Source: a virus
Taxonomy: Duplodnaviria; Caudoviricetes
DNA length: 64,000 bases
IMG/VR virus record: IMGVR_UViG_3300032030_000035
Span: 37,610-101,609 of that record
Direction: 5' to 3' (one strand)
This document shows positions 1-12,500 of the stretch, in pieces. A program made the position numbers and the translations under genes. How positions within the stretch are numbered: the first letter of the stretch is position 1; the number at the start of each line of letters is the position of its first letter. The notes under the pieces were generated by a model. That model was not told the DNA's origin. It searched no databases and saw only the letters and a list, made by a program, of their open reading frames with translations.

Positions 1-1654
1 TATTGATGAATTAAAAGCGACTTCTGATAACTTTTCAGAAATAGAAGCTAATGCCGGTATAGTAAGTAGTGAATTACAGACATTAACAATAGATGGTATA
101 ACATATACAATTACAGGTAATGTAACTGCGAATCCTACAGTTACAGCATCAAGCCCTGATTTAACATCTATTGGAATTGGCGGAACTAATTATATAATAG
201 CTGGTGGCGGCGGAGGTTCTTCAAGATTAAGTGGACTTGTTGACGTCTCTATTGATGGTAACTTATCTGATGGACAGGTTCTCATATATAATGCCACTAT
301 GGATATGTGGACTAATGGAGAAGTTATAGCAACAGTAGCAGATATTGGAGATATTGGTAATGTTTCTTTAACATCACTGCAAAATGGACAAATACTTCAA
401 TATGATTCTACAAATCAAGTTTGGGTAAACGTTGATGCTCCTACAGGCGGTGGTGGAGATTTATCTGACCTTGGGGATGTTAATTTAGGAACTCTTGCTG
501 ATAAGCAAGTTTTACAATATGATGCGGCAACTCAGAAATGGATTAACGCAACATCTCCCGCGGGAAGTAGCTCACTTTCTGGTTTAACAGATGTTAATTT
601 ATCATCTTTAACTAATGGGGAAGTTCTTAGCTATGATAATGATACCCAAAAGTGGATAAATAAAGCGATTCCTACTGGTGCCGAAATAGACGATACTGCC
701 ACTGCCGCAAATAAGGTATGGTCAAGCAATAAAACATCAACAGAAATAAGTAATGTTCCTAATACAAATACCTATAACACATTAAACACTTCAGCAAAAA
801 CTCTTATCGGTGCTATTAATGAAGTAGCTAAAGATAAAAATATTGCTAATGAATACGATTCTACTACAATTTATGCTGTTAATGATTATTGTATTTATAA
901 TGGAACTTTGTACAAATGTATTGCGGCGGTTACTACCGCTGAAGCTTTTGACAGTACAAAATGGTCTGCAACAAAAGTAGTAAATGAATTAAATCAAGGT
1001 GGCGGCGGTAGTTCTACGTTAAGCGGTCTTACTGATGTAGATTTAACAACTCCCGCAAATGATGAAGCTCTTATATATGACAGTACAGCGCAAAAATGGG
1101 TAAATAAACCCATTCCCACATCAGTAGAAATTGATGATACAACAACTTCTACAACTAAAGTATGGTCAAGTAATAAGACTTCGACCGAAATAGGCAACGT
1201 ACCGAATACAAACACTTATCAAAATCTTAATACAACATCAAAAACTTTAATTGGAGCTATTAATGAAAATGCTAATGATAAAAATGTTTCAGATGCTTAT
1301 AATAGTAATGCAACTTATTCTGCTGGTGACTATTGTATTTACAATACTACTCTCTATAAGTGCAATACAGATATTGATACTCCAGAAGCTTTTGATAGTA
1401 CACATTGGACTGCTACTACAGTCGCAAAAGAATTAGGGGATAATAAGATAATTTTAACGGAAACTCTTGAAGCGGGTGAAACATCGTTAACATTTACAGA
1501 TGTTCGTATCCAAGATAATAGTTGGTTAACTCTTGCACCAGAGAATGCTATTCTATATCCTATGGGCATGAGTGCTTCCGCAGGTAGTGTAACATACACA
1601 TTTGCCGCACAAGCGGAAGATGTAGTTTTTCAATTAAAAATATTTAACAGATAA
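1..1654 (+). CDS. Repeat-rich tail fibre/adhesin-like protein, 5'-truncated by the window edge
   Basis: The frame of ORF 299..1654 is open back to position 2. It has repeated LSxLxDVxL..L.DGQVL.YD..TQKW.N units, Gly linkers and two copies of a module containing Y.xxDYCIYNxTLYKC (CBM5/12-like aromatic motif). Confidence 0.7.
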   Translation, partial: IDELKATSDNFSEIEANAGIVSSELQTLTIDGITYTITGNVTANPTVTASSPDLTSIGIGGTNYIIAGGGGGSSRLSGLVDVSIDGNLSDGQVLIYNATMDMWTNGEVIATVADIGDIGNVSLTSLQNGQILQYDSTNQVWVNVDAPTGGGGDLSDLGDVNLGTLADKQVLQYDAATQKWINATSPAGSSSLSGLTDVNLSSLTNGEVLSYDNDTQKWINKAIPTGAEIDDTATAANKVWSSNKTSTEISNVPNTNTYNTLNTSAKTLIGAINEVAKDKNIANEYDSTTIYAVNDYCIYNGTLYKCIAAVTTAEAFDSTKWSATKVVNELNQGGGGSSTLSGLTDVDLTTPANDEALIYDSTAQKWVNKPIPTSVEIDDTTTSTTKVWSSNKTSTEIGNVPNTNTYQNLNTTSKTLIGAINENANDKNVSDAYNSNATYSAGDYCIYNTTLYKCNTDIDTPEAFDSTHWTATTVAKELGDNKIILTETLEAGETSLTFTDVRIQDNSWLTLAPENAILYPMGMSASAGSVTYTFAAQAEDVVFQLKIFNR

Positions 1655-1684
1655 GAGGTAAAAATTAAAAAAAGGAGAAATTCT

Positions 1685-2206
1685 ATGGTAACTTTAGCAC
1701 TAGATTTATCGTCTAAATCTTCTGGTTGGGCGATAAAAGTGAACGATAAAATTGAATATGGATGTATTTCTTCTACCTCTACTGATACAAACAAAAGAAT
1801 AATCACCATGAGAGATGGTATTCTTGAAGTAGTAAAGAAATATGGCGTTGAAAAAATAATTGCAGAAGAAGTGAGACCGGACTTACAAAATAGTCATACT
1901 CAAAAAATATTGACTTATGTTCAGGCGGCTATTGTATTAGCGATGTATGAATATAATAAAAAGATTCAGATTGATTTTATTCAACCTAACTCGTGGAGAA
2001 AAAAAATTGGTATAAAAACAGGAGCAGGAGTCAAGAGAGAAGCATTAAAAGCTCAAGACATATTATTCGTAAAAGAAAAATATGGCTTAGAAGTAGAAAA
2101 TGACGATGAAGCAGATGCAATTTGCATTTTAACTTCCTATATAAATCCTGCGGGAAGCAGTATAGATTATTCTAAATTTGAAGATGATTCTTTTAGTTTC
2201 CAATAA
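1685..2206 (+). CDS. RuvC-like Holliday junction resolvase
   Basis: N-terminal LALDLSSKSSGWAI, IIAEE, PNSWRK and C-terminal NDDEADAICI fit the RuvC/RNase H acidic catalytic pattern; AAGGAG RBS. Confidence 0.8.
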   Translation: MVTLALDLSSKSSGWAIKVNDKIEYGCISSTSTDTNKRIITMRDGILEVVKKYGVEKIIAEEVRPDLQNSHTQKILTYVQAAIVLAMYEYNKKIQIDFIQPNSWRKKIGIKTGAGVKREALKAQDILFVKEKYGLEVENDDEADAICILTSYINPAGSSIDYSKFEDDSFSFQ

Positions 2207-2258
2207 AAAAAAATGCCGAGATTAAGTTAATTCTTAATCTCGGCACTATTTTTTTTAC
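2205..2258. terminator. Bidirectional intrinsic terminator between convergent genes
   Basis: A-run, TGCCGAGATTAAG/CTTAATCTCGGCA stem, T-run. Confidence 0.85.
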
Positions 2259-4406
2259 CTAAATTCTTTCCAATGCTCTAGACGCGGAAATTGACATCAT
2301 ACCATTTCCGCCAAGAGGTAAAGTAAATGATTTAATTATAAAATCTCCAGATATCCTTGATTTAATATCATTAACAGTAATTCTACTATTTGCCTCAAGA
2401 TGGTAAATAGGAATACATTGTAATGTAATTTGCTCGTTATATGAAGTATACTGATATAATAAATCTCTCATAACTTCTTGTGCGGTATAGCCAATAGTTC
2501 CTATAGCAATATTTTTATAGATACTATTACTTACCCTTGAGAATGTTTGACCTATTAAAGAACATTTTTTAACATTCTTATCAGCATTATCGTCATCCAT
2601 ATTTATCATAATAACATCCGGAATATCCTCATTATATAATCTTCTAATTTTATCTTGTTGATAGCTCTTTATTCTAGTTCCAATTAAATCAACAGAATAG
2701 TCATAAATTTTATCTGCGGGTTCAATATAGTCAAAGAAATACTTTAATTCATTTGGGTTTGTTGTCAAATCTGCCTTAAAAGACTTGGTTTGAAAATTAT
2801 AAATGTCATCAAATAAATCAAGCAATTCTTGCTCATATACATCAGGTCTTATTTGTTGACTTTGTTTAACTAATCCTTGAAGATATAATTCTGCTCGCCA
2901 ATCTGCGGGCACGTAAAGATTTATATTGGTACCAGTAAGAGTTATGGTTTTTGTTAACTCATTATATGTAGCTCTTTTCATAGTGATAGTATCACCAGAA
3001 GCTATCATAGAGCCATCACTACTAGTAATAGTATTATTGCTATAACGGTAGCCGCCCGCCGCCATTTCTTCTTGCGTTGCAAGTCTCAGTCTACCAGTGT
3101 ATTCCCCCATATCATTCTTCTCAAAAACAACAGGATATGCATTCATCACTGTCGGCTTACGTTTTATCGCTACATGATAATGAATAACCGCATCATCTTT
3201 ATTCTTACCCCATACATGATAATCATTCTTAATATTGGCATAATTAGGTGCATTTGTATAAGATGCAACCAAACCATTACCTTCTCTGAATGAATATTCT
3301 ACTTTACTATTGCTTTTAACATCAAGTAAGTAATTATCATTATTCAATATAGACGCTTCATTATTCGATACCATTTCAACAGGATCATAGGAATTATTTA
3401 AATAATTCTTAATCTCCTGGAAATGAAAATTACCATCTATATCAAAAAAGTATTCATAGTTTCCTAACTCTTGTTTAACTTTATCAAGTACAGTACAGAC
3501 ATTATCACCAATAGAAGAAACTAAAGAACCTGGGAAAACAAAATCTGTATAGACATATCCGCAATCATCATTATATTCAAATGGTGACCATACTCCAGGA
3601 TTACTTGAAGATTTTAACACACTCTTATCCATAGTATATCTCTTATCATCATTATTATGATAAAGAGTACCAGTTCCTGTGAAACGAACAATCTGTTTAA
3701 TCTCTAAAGGAACATCGTCTATAAAAATTTTGCTTATAGGGATTCCGCCATAGTTACAAACTAATGTCTGTATAATATCAAAGAACCTCTGCGGGATGGA
3801 CTCTATCGAACCTACCGCCGCATAACTTGATTCTTCCCAATTAGCACCAGACCACTTATAATATTTACCATTATAATAATAAACCGTATAAGTATTAGGA
3901 TCTTGCGGCAATGCGTCAACTTCCAAATAACCTATTACTTGATCGTAACTATCGAAAGTAATTGATGTAGGTAAATTACCACCTTGAGTACCATTTAACA
4001 GACACATCTTATCTTGACAAGTTATGCTAATATTTAAACCAGAGGTAGAATGGCTATAATTAGTAGATGCAATTACAAAAACCCCTAATTTAAACCAAAT
4101 AATATCAGGTCTATCTGGCAAAAGTCCATCATTAGCAAGTCCCTCATAAATCTTAACTCTTTTGTTTATTGATAATAAATTATCTACATTTTCTATTGAC
4201 TCTGTTTCTTCTGCTACAAAAGTTAATGAGCAGGTTCTTCGTAATGAAGAATCTGCATTAACTTGTAAGCTACCGGTAGTAATTCTACCTTGAATTGAAG
4301 AAATAAGTTCTTCTTTTTCATTTAAAACCTCAATCTTCGCATAATGCTCTTGATTGTGTTCAGTATCTAATATTTTTAACTCTTCTTTTGTTAATTCTCT
4401 CTGCAT
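2259..4406 (-). CDS. Tail tip/baseplate hub-like protein
   Basis: 715 aa at the end of the tail module; SLRRTCSLT, LGVFVI, QDKMCLLNG, YFFDIDGNFHFQ motifs typical of phage hub-like proteins. Confidence 0.6.
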   Translation of the reverse strand: MQRELTKEELKILDTEHNQEHYAKIEVLNEKEELISSIQGRITTGSLQVNADSSLRRTCSLTFVAEETESIENVDNLLSINKRVKIYEGLANDGLLPDRPDIIWFKLGVFVIASTNYSHSTSGLNISITCQDKMCLLNGTQGGNLPTSITFDSYDQVIGYLEVDALPQDPNTYTVYYYNGKYYKWSGANWEESSYAAVGSIESIPQRFFDIIQTLVCNYGGIPISKIFIDDVPLEIKQIVRFTGTGTLYHNNDDKRYTMDKSVLKSSSNPGVWSPFEYNDDCGYVYTDFVFPGSLVSSIGDNVCTVLDKVKQELGNYEYFFDIDGNFHFQEIKNYLNNSYDPVEMVSNNEASILNNDNYLLDVKSNSKVEYSFREGNGLVASYTNAPNYANIKNDYHVWGKNKDDAVIHYHVAIKRKPTVMNAYPVVFEKNDMGEYTGRLRLATQEEMAAGGYRYSNNTITSSDGSMIASGDTITMKRATYNELTKTITLTGTNINLYVPADWRAELYLQGLVKQSQQIRPDVYEQELLDLFDDIYNFQTKSFKADLTTNPNELKYFFDYIEPADKIYDYSVDLIGTRIKSYQQDKIRRLYNEDIPDVIMINMDDDNADKNVKKCSLIGQTFSRVSNSIYKNIAIGTIGYTAQEVMRDLLYQYTSYNEQITLQCIPIYHLEANSRITVNDIKSRISGDFIIKSFTLPLGGNGMMSISASRALERI

Positions 4407-4420
4407 ATAGATACCTCCTA

Positions 4421-6313
4421 TTATAATCTTATAGTATGAGTATCTGCATCTATATGAGTATGCTTACCAATCTCATGAATTGGCGGTGCATTGTTACCAA
4501 CATCCTCTAAAGACGTAATCTTATATTTAAGATAATTTTTAATAGTAGGTTCTCCAATTTCTGTTGCAGTAGCATTGAAATTATATATTAATCTACCTAA
4601 ATTATTTGCAGGAGAACAAGATACATCAGTTAATCGAACTAAAATATTACCTTCCGCAAAAGATTTATAAAGTTTTGGTTTACCATCTGTCAAAAAAGCG
4701 AGAACTTTATTTCGATATTCTCTTTCATGCGTATGATCATATTTACCCATATCTCTATCCGCATATAATTGAGCAATCTCGCTATATTCATATAACTGTT
4801 CATCTTGTAAGAATAATTTGTTCTCGTCAGAGTTGAACGATATTATACCCGAAATAGATAATACATTGTATTTATTATTACCGTTTCGATTAATGAAAGG
4901 ATATACTCCACCAAGAGTAACAGATGTACTATCTGTAACTGTTACTTTATAAGAACTAATCGAATCATTATAAGCTAATCTTAATTGCTGTTCCTTCTGT
5001 CCCACCAAATAAGCATAGCTAAAATCACGAATAGTCTGAACATTATAATTAACAACATCTCCACCTATCCTCATTTTCATAAGTTTTCCGCGGTTTTCGT
5101 CTGAGTCTACTGCTTGTATACCATATCGGTAAAAGACACCACTTTCAACAGTATAATCATAATACAAATCTTCTAACTCTAAAATACCTCCAGATATTCT
5201 ATCTCTGAAATCTAATTTCTTAATATCAACCCATTTAGTAAAATTAGAACGACTATCAGTTCTTCTTACATAATAGATACCTGTCTTAGATGTGTCGATT
5301 TGCTCGTTGCCGCAAAGAAAATAACCTATCCTACCATCTTCGCACTCGTCAAATTCACTTACAACAGAAATGAAATGTGCGGTAACCCTAGGGTCGTAAA
5401 CCTTTCTACCACTATAAACATCATAAGATGTGTCGAGTGTCATAATCTCAATATCAGTAGAATTTTGAGTATTAGCAGTACCTTTTGCATTTATTGTTAA
5501 AGTTTCTGTATAATCATTTATAGTATGATATTCAAAAACTATAGTATAAGTTTTTTCGGCATCGAAATCTTCTATACCACTTATATAATCAATTTTTTGA
5601 TTATCAAAATTTTGGTCTGCATATAAATAACCGCTATCATCTAATAGCGTTATTCCGTCATAAATCTTTATTCTGTAGTTATACAGATTTTCAGTTTTAG
5701 CTTCTTCACACTTATATTCTCCAATAAACTCAGGACCGTAAATAGTATAATCAGAAGATAAATGTCTACTCTGATAACCATTGCCATCTATACCTTTTAT
5801 CGAAGTAAATATAATTTCTGGTTGTCCAATAGGCTTTACAGTACAAATTGTTGACCATTCAGAAAAATCACTACCATGCTCAGTTAACCATGTTGACTGA
5901 CCAACTGAAGAACTTTCTTCTGAAGTGTAAGTAACTTTTGACAATCTTAACTGTATTTTATAAATCCAATCAGGACACCATCCTGAATAACTACCATCAG
6001 TAGTATTCAAGTTTTTATTTTCAATATCTATATAATATAAATTTTCCTCCCCACTAACTGCGGTAAAAGGAACATTTAATAATATCCCAGCCATACGATA
6101 GATTCGAGGAATACTACTTTCCGCATCATCAAAAGATGCCACACATTTTTCTCCCGTCGTCTGTTTTGTAATTGATACTTGTACATTTTCAAAGTCTGCT
6201 TCGGAGTTAAACTTTGATAATGAAAAGTAAACTCTACAATACGAATCATTTCCCGCAACAAAAGAAGGCATGTAACCATCTACTATGGGTGGATAAAGTA
6301 CATATGAAGCCAT
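4421..6313 (-). CDS. Tail tip structural protein (beta-rich, distal-tail-like C-terminus)
   Basis: 630 aa in the tail module; FLTDGKPKLYKS..EGNILVRLTDVS near the C-terminus; GGAGG RBS. Confidence 0.5.
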   Translation of the reverse strand: MASYVLYPPIVDGYMPSFVAGNDSYCRVYFSLSKFNSEADFENVQVSITKQTTGEKCVASFDDAESSIPRIYRMAGILLNVPFTAVSGEENLYYIDIENKNLNTTDGSYSGWCPDWIYKIQLRLSKVTYTSEESSSVGQSTWLTEHGSDFSEWSTICTVKPIGQPEIIFTSIKGIDGNGYQSRHLSSDYTIYGPEFIGEYKCEEAKTENLYNYRIKIYDGITLLDDSGYLYADQNFDNQKIDYISGIEDFDAEKTYTIVFEYHTINDYTETLTINAKGTANTQNSTDIEIMTLDTSYDVYSGRKVYDPRVTAHFISVVSEFDECEDGRIGYFLCGNEQIDTSKTGIYYVRRTDSRSNFTKWVDIKKLDFRDRISGGILELEDLYYDYTVESGVFYRYGIQAVDSDENRGKLMKMRIGGDVVNYNVQTIRDFSYAYLVGQKEQQLRLAYNDSISSYKVTVTDSTSVTLGGVYPFINRNGNNKYNVLSISGIISFNSDENKLFLQDEQLYEYSEIAQLYADRDMGKYDHTHEREYRNKVLAFLTDGKPKLYKSFAEGNILVRLTDVSCSPANNLGRLIYNFNATATEIGEPTIKNYLKYKITSLEDVGNNAPPIHEIGKHTHIDADTHTIRL

Positions 6314-6381
6314 AAAAATCCTCCTTTTTTCTTTAACAAGAGAGTGATATCATTAAAATATCACTCTCTTACATAAAGAAA

Positions 6382-6552
6382 CTACTCCTCTTTCTCTTTA
6401 TTTGCTTGTTCTTGTTGTTCTACCTCTCTTAAATAAGATTGGTAGTCTTCGTATAAGTCTCTGTATACATCTTTAACAATATAGTACACAGCTTCTGCGG
6501 GAAGCTGTGTACTGTTTATTAAATCAATAAGCTGTTTTCTAAATTTTTCCAT
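6382..6552 (-). CDS. Small tail-associated hypothetical protein (56 aa, not in ORF track)
   Basis: MEKFRKQLIDLINSTQLPAEAVYYIVKDVYRDLYEDY... read by hand; AAGGAG upstream; fills the intergenic gap. Confidence 0.7.
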   Translation of the reverse strand: MEKFRKQLIDLINSTQLPAEAVYYIVKDVYRDLYEDYQSYLREVEQQEQANKEKEE

Positions 6553-6569
6553 CCTTTTATCTCCTTTGT

Positions 6570-9500
6570 TTAAAACGCATAATTTTCTGCGGCGGGCAGG
6601 TTTCCGCCACCGCCACCCTGCATAGCGATATAATCTGCTAAACTAACGTATGTAGTTCTTGGATATAACACGCCATCAATTTCTACTGTAGGTGTTGTCT
6701 CATCAGGAATACCGATATAGAAATTCTCTGCCTTAATTTGACAAATAAATCTACCATCGGAACTGTTTGAGTTATCAAGATAAAATGTATCTCCCGCCTC
6801 AAATAAGTGGCTCATAATACAATAATGTTTTGTATTAATAGAACCTCTACCTACAACAGTTTCATATTCCATCTTATAAGGGTCGTTTTCATAAAGAATA
6901 CCATTTCTACCCCAGTAAGGTACACTACCTATAGAACCACCTTCTGCAGTTATAACAGTTTCCGCATCTCTTAATTGAACTGCAGAACGCTCTGATACTG
7001 CAAAGTGTCTTGAAGGTAAGTTACCAATCTCTAGACCACCGGGATCAGTGATATCACTACCGACTCTAGCCTTAAAGATATTACCAATACGAGTACCATC
7101 AGTTCCAACATACGTTGTCATTGATGTTTCTTTGCCTTGAGCATTTAATATAGCATATCTATTACTAGATTTATCATTGCTACTATAATACATAAATGCT
7201 CTTGATTTATCACTACTTGTATTGAATTTCCAGCAAACACTATTAGTTTCAGAATATGTAACATCACCGATTGCAACATTACCATGAATATCTACTCTGA
7301 ACTGATCGGATACTAATAAACCATCACTACCAATATAAATCTTTTTAGGATGAGCTTGAGTTCCCTCTCTATCTAATAGTAAAGCAGTTTTAAGGTCAAA
7401 ATTTGTACGGTCAAGATTTTTTGCTCTTTCTTCACTATAATAGAAGTAAGCAGCTTTATTAGAAGCACCTAAATCCCATCTTCTATTATACTTATGTTCA
7501 CATATGTAAAAACATAAATCTTCTTCTATTGGTTGATATCCAGGAACCACTATGTTATTTCTATAATATGGTGTTATTTCATACCATTCGTCCGCTACCT
7601 TAAAACTAAACAGATAATATCTGTTATATGCTTCGTAAATAGGATCTGAAGCCTTGTCGATACCTAATGAATTTATTTTATAAATTCGATATCTATTTGG
7701 ATCTGAGACATCTAAATTAGGTAATGTTTCAGTTGCAAGAGGTTCTAAGCTACTAACTGATTTAAATACATCTGTATCTCCAATCATATCTGGTTTTACA
7801 GTACCTTTAATAGAACCAAGTTCAATTTTACCATAATTAGTATCATCTACATAAGCCCTAAAGTATTTTTTATTGTTATTACCTAAATAAAATTCATTAT
7901 TATTGGCTCTAACAATTTTTCCTATACTAAGACCTTCATCACCAAGATAAAAACCATTCTTTTCACTTTCAAAAGAACTATGAAGTCTTCTTTCGGATGC
8001 CTCTGTCAAGTCTCCACTATAACCATCACCAGAATAAATTGCTGGAGACTTATTAGGACTATTGTAAGCAGAGTATAATGTCATTTTATGGTTTTCAGAG
8101 AAGATTCTATCTTCGCCGATACGCCATCCACCTAACTCACTGCTCTTAGCTTTAAGATAAGTTTTAATTCCATCGAGATAGTAGAAATACATGTTTGTGT
8201 CAGGCTCGTAATAAACCTTTGACATTAATTCTTCATCCCAATACCAGAATCTCACTTCGGTACTATCATAGAATAGGTATTCCTCTAAATCTCTATCATA
8301 AAAATAATAATGAATAACATCATTATCATCATAGAAATAATAGCAAACAGTATCTTGTAAACTACTAGATGAATCATAAGTTTGAATTGTAGTTCTTCTT
8401 ACGTAAGGACCAATAGAACCAGAATTTACTATATTGCCATTAGAATCTCTTAAGTCATATCCATCTCTACAGAAGTAAACTTGGATATCTTCTCCATTAT
8501 CATCATAATGATAATAACCAGAACTGTCAGTCATTAGTAATGGTGTTAATGTAGATTCAAAACCATGCTTAACTATTGTAGCTTCATAATCTCCATTAGT
8601 CTCTTCCCAATAAAACTTATCATAACCATTATAGTAATAAAGACCTGGATCGTCAATATCTATAGAACCATTTTCTTCAGAGTTACCAGAATCGATGTTA
8701 CCGGTAGCCTCTGTTTTATCAGTTCCTCCGACGTGCATCTGACCATTCTTATCTACCCAAAAGCCGCCATTACCAAAACGAATTTCTGGAGTAGTTAAGT
8801 CAATAAGCATACCCTTGCCGGTTTCTTTATTATAGTTAGCAGTTCCATCTGCATTCCATTCATAAAAATTACCGGAATATAGTCTAGCTACATCATCAGT
8901 AGGATCAAGTGTAATTTGTCCTGCTTTACTTAAACCAAATTGAGCCTTTCCTGTTTTAGCATCTAAAAAGATTGATTGTCTACCAGCACTGAAACCGAAT
9001 AAACCAATTTGACTCTTAGTGCTTTCCGCAGTTTTCTTTACGCCCATCGTAATACCAGTAAAGCGATTTGCTTCATCTTTTGCACCAGCACCAATTTGAG
9101 GTGCTATAATATATTCGCCATTTTCATCAATATATAATTTATTACCATCCCAATCATTTAACCATCCAAACTCGTTAGTATTAAGTCTAAATATAATTGG
9201 TTTTAAATAAACTATATAAGATGGATTAGTTAATGTAACTATTTTCTGTCTTGCTCGGAGTATGTTATATTCTTCTAATAAACTATCTATGTTTTTAATC
9301 AATTCTGAATCATGACTATCTAAATTCATAAAAGGATTTATTTTAATGAACTCTCCTGTTTCGGGGTCCATATTAATAGTTATACTATTATCAGAATAAA
9401 TACAATCATAAAATGAAGATAACAAATCAACAAAATTCTTAATAAGAACACTTTGATAATTTACACTTGAAATAACTTTATTTTGTCTTCCCATCCAAGC

Positions 9501-12500
9501 ACTTTGTAATTCCTCAAGAGTATAAGAATTACTATCTAATAAGTAAAACTTAGATAACAGATTATTTAAACTTTGTTGCCAACTTACAAAATCTCTACCG
9601 GCGGTTTGACAAATATCGGAAAGAATTTGTAAACTACTATATTCTTCCTTATCTGTTAACAAATAAGTTACTTGAGCAATAACATCTGTTTCTAACTTAG
9701 AACGCTCCATTAAGTCAATAGAAGAAACATCATATAAATTAGCAATTTTATCATAAATATTACTTATTGTAATATTTGTTGAACTTACCTGCGGCAAGGC
9801 GATAAAATTTGATATTTTAGAATAGATATTCTTAATAGTATCTTCTTCTTGAGGTGATAACGCTTTTATAGATGCTATTAAAGAACTTATCTCATTAACA
9901 GTATTGTCATAACTATTTATTGTATCAACTACGCTATTAGTAATTGTATTTCCATCGGTATCTGTTATAAATGGTTTTAAGAAATCTTTTGTCCATGCGG
10001 CGGTATGACCTGAGATACCTGTCGATAAAGTTGATAAATTAGTAAGATCATTCTTTGTAAACTTATCACTAATTAAACCGTATACTTTATTCCTTAATTT
10101 GTAAATCTCAAGTTTAGCACTTAAAATATAAGTTAAGAAATCATAACCCGCATCAATAATTTCTGCTTGTGTGGTAGTATCAAATGTAACCTGGAAAAGA
10201 TGTTGATAATTATTTAAAATCTTTTCTATTGTAGATAATTTATTTAATAAATCTGAACGATATGTTAAATATGGATTATCATTATTTACATCCGCTACCC
10301 AGTTAACAATTTCACTGATTCTATTTTTATAACAATCTTTTAATGTTACCTGTAACTGAGCTTTTTCATCTTCAAGATACTGGATACAATTTTCATCTTG
10401 TCCATCTTGATTTGCGCCATTATCAATTATAGATAATGTATTCTCATAATTTTCAGTTAAAATTGTTAAATTAGTGTATTTATCTAAGAAATATTGTAAG
10501 TTAGGTATTGAAGAATTATTTAATAAATATTTATACTCAAATAAATTTATATTATTGTTATAAATATTTTTAACTCTTGTAGATACTTTGTTATAAGTAT
10601 TTAATAATTCTTGCGTTGTATAAGTTCCTAAATCACAATTCTTAATATTAGTTAAATTGTTAATGTCAGACTGTAAAACAAGAGAGATACCATTAACAAC
10701 CTCTTCAGATAACTCAACAACATATGAATTATTCCAATAACTAGTATCGGTATTTGTAATATATGCCGTAATTAAATCTGATAACGGTTTTACATAATTT
10801 GTTAAAATATCTTCTTTTAAGTCTTGACTTGCTTTAGTCCAAGTAGATACTTGTTTTGCGGCAGTCGCATAAGAACTAGTATAGTTATCTAATAAGCTAT
10901 ACCAAGCATTATACCTGTCATCATAATCTACATCTTGCTCATTAAGACCTTCAATCTCATCCGTTATAACGGTAACACCAACCGCCGCATCCGCAGAGTC
11001 TGCAGAAGGTAATAAAGATTCAATTTCTGAATAATCAGTTAAAATATCATAATTATCTATTTGAGCTTTTAATGTAGCAACTTCACTCTCATCAACCGCA
11101 ACCATAAATCTCTTTAAAAGTTCTTGAGCTTCTGCAAGATTGTGTAATGCAGATTGGTAAGAACTTTCTTTTGAAGAATAATTTATATTGTTAATAGTTG
11201 GATTCTGAATTTCAAGTATTTCTTGTAAAGCATTTATATAATCAGTATTTTCAATTAAATTTGCAGTATCTTTATATCTTCCATAAAAACTATTAGTTTT
11301 AAATATCTGAATAAGGATATCGTAAATTTTCTTTTCATAGTCTTTTAACTCTGAAATAATACTATTTATACTTGTAGCATAATTATCATCGCCTCTATCA
11401 TAATAAGTTCTTTCAAGAGCGGTTTGATAATTAGATGTTGCTGTTTCTTTATTATTGTTTTGCTCAGTTATTTTAGCATCTACCGCATTTATTTCAGCAA
11501 TAGTATCTAATTCTTTCTGAGTTGGTTCAATATCAAAAGTAGTAGCTAAATTTTTAAGTTCTTCATACTGAATGACGTTACGAGCTATTTCTGAAGTATC
11601 AATATCTAAACTTGTCTGTATCTCTAAAAGTTTCTCATTAACCTCTTCAGGTGTAAGAGACCCTTCTCCAGAAATATTTGGTGACATAACAACAGAAACA
11701 TAGTTATTAGCCATACCATCATCATATTTACTTACAGGTCTTATATCTGCGGAAGTCTGCTGTATTTTCTCTTTCATTAAGAGCTTTTCACTTAACCGCC
11801 ATTCATAGTTAAAGCAATCTGTATCTCCATTAATTTCCATGCCGGAATTAATATTGAATATTGCTCCACTATTACCTCCATCCCATTGAGGATTTGACCC
11901 ATCCGCCGCATAAGTTACAATACTATATCCTTTTGTTAAAGAAGGGAAATAAGTCATTTTGTCAAATAACTCTTTATCAACCCTTATTAACTCAACAGGA
12001 TAAAAAGCATAAATAACAGTATCAGCTTCTTCTTTACTGCCAGAATTAATAGTTATTTTTGCTTGAATAACTAAAATTTTATTATCACCAATAGCAGTAG
12101 TATTCCAATCACTATTTCTATTTGTCGCAATACAAAGTTTACCATCTGAAGTAATTGTGAAGAATGGCTTTATTGCAGCTTCATCAAAAATACCCCATTC
12201 GATATTGTAATCAAAAGGATTAGCAACTAAAACTCCATCTTTATAAACCTCCACTCCTAAAGGATTTAAACCTGCGGGAGGGAAGTAGTTTACATCGCAG
12301 AAGTTAGCATCTACAAGGTCAGAATTTGTAGGTAAAATATACCAAGGACCATGTGTACTAGTATCATCTGCAATAAACATAAGTTTTAATTTCTGCTCAA
12401 TACCTGTAAAGTCCTTTTTACCATATCCGACTCCATTATAAGTTAATACCGCAGAATACTTAGTACCGTTAGTACCATTATCGCCTTCTTTGATAAACTG

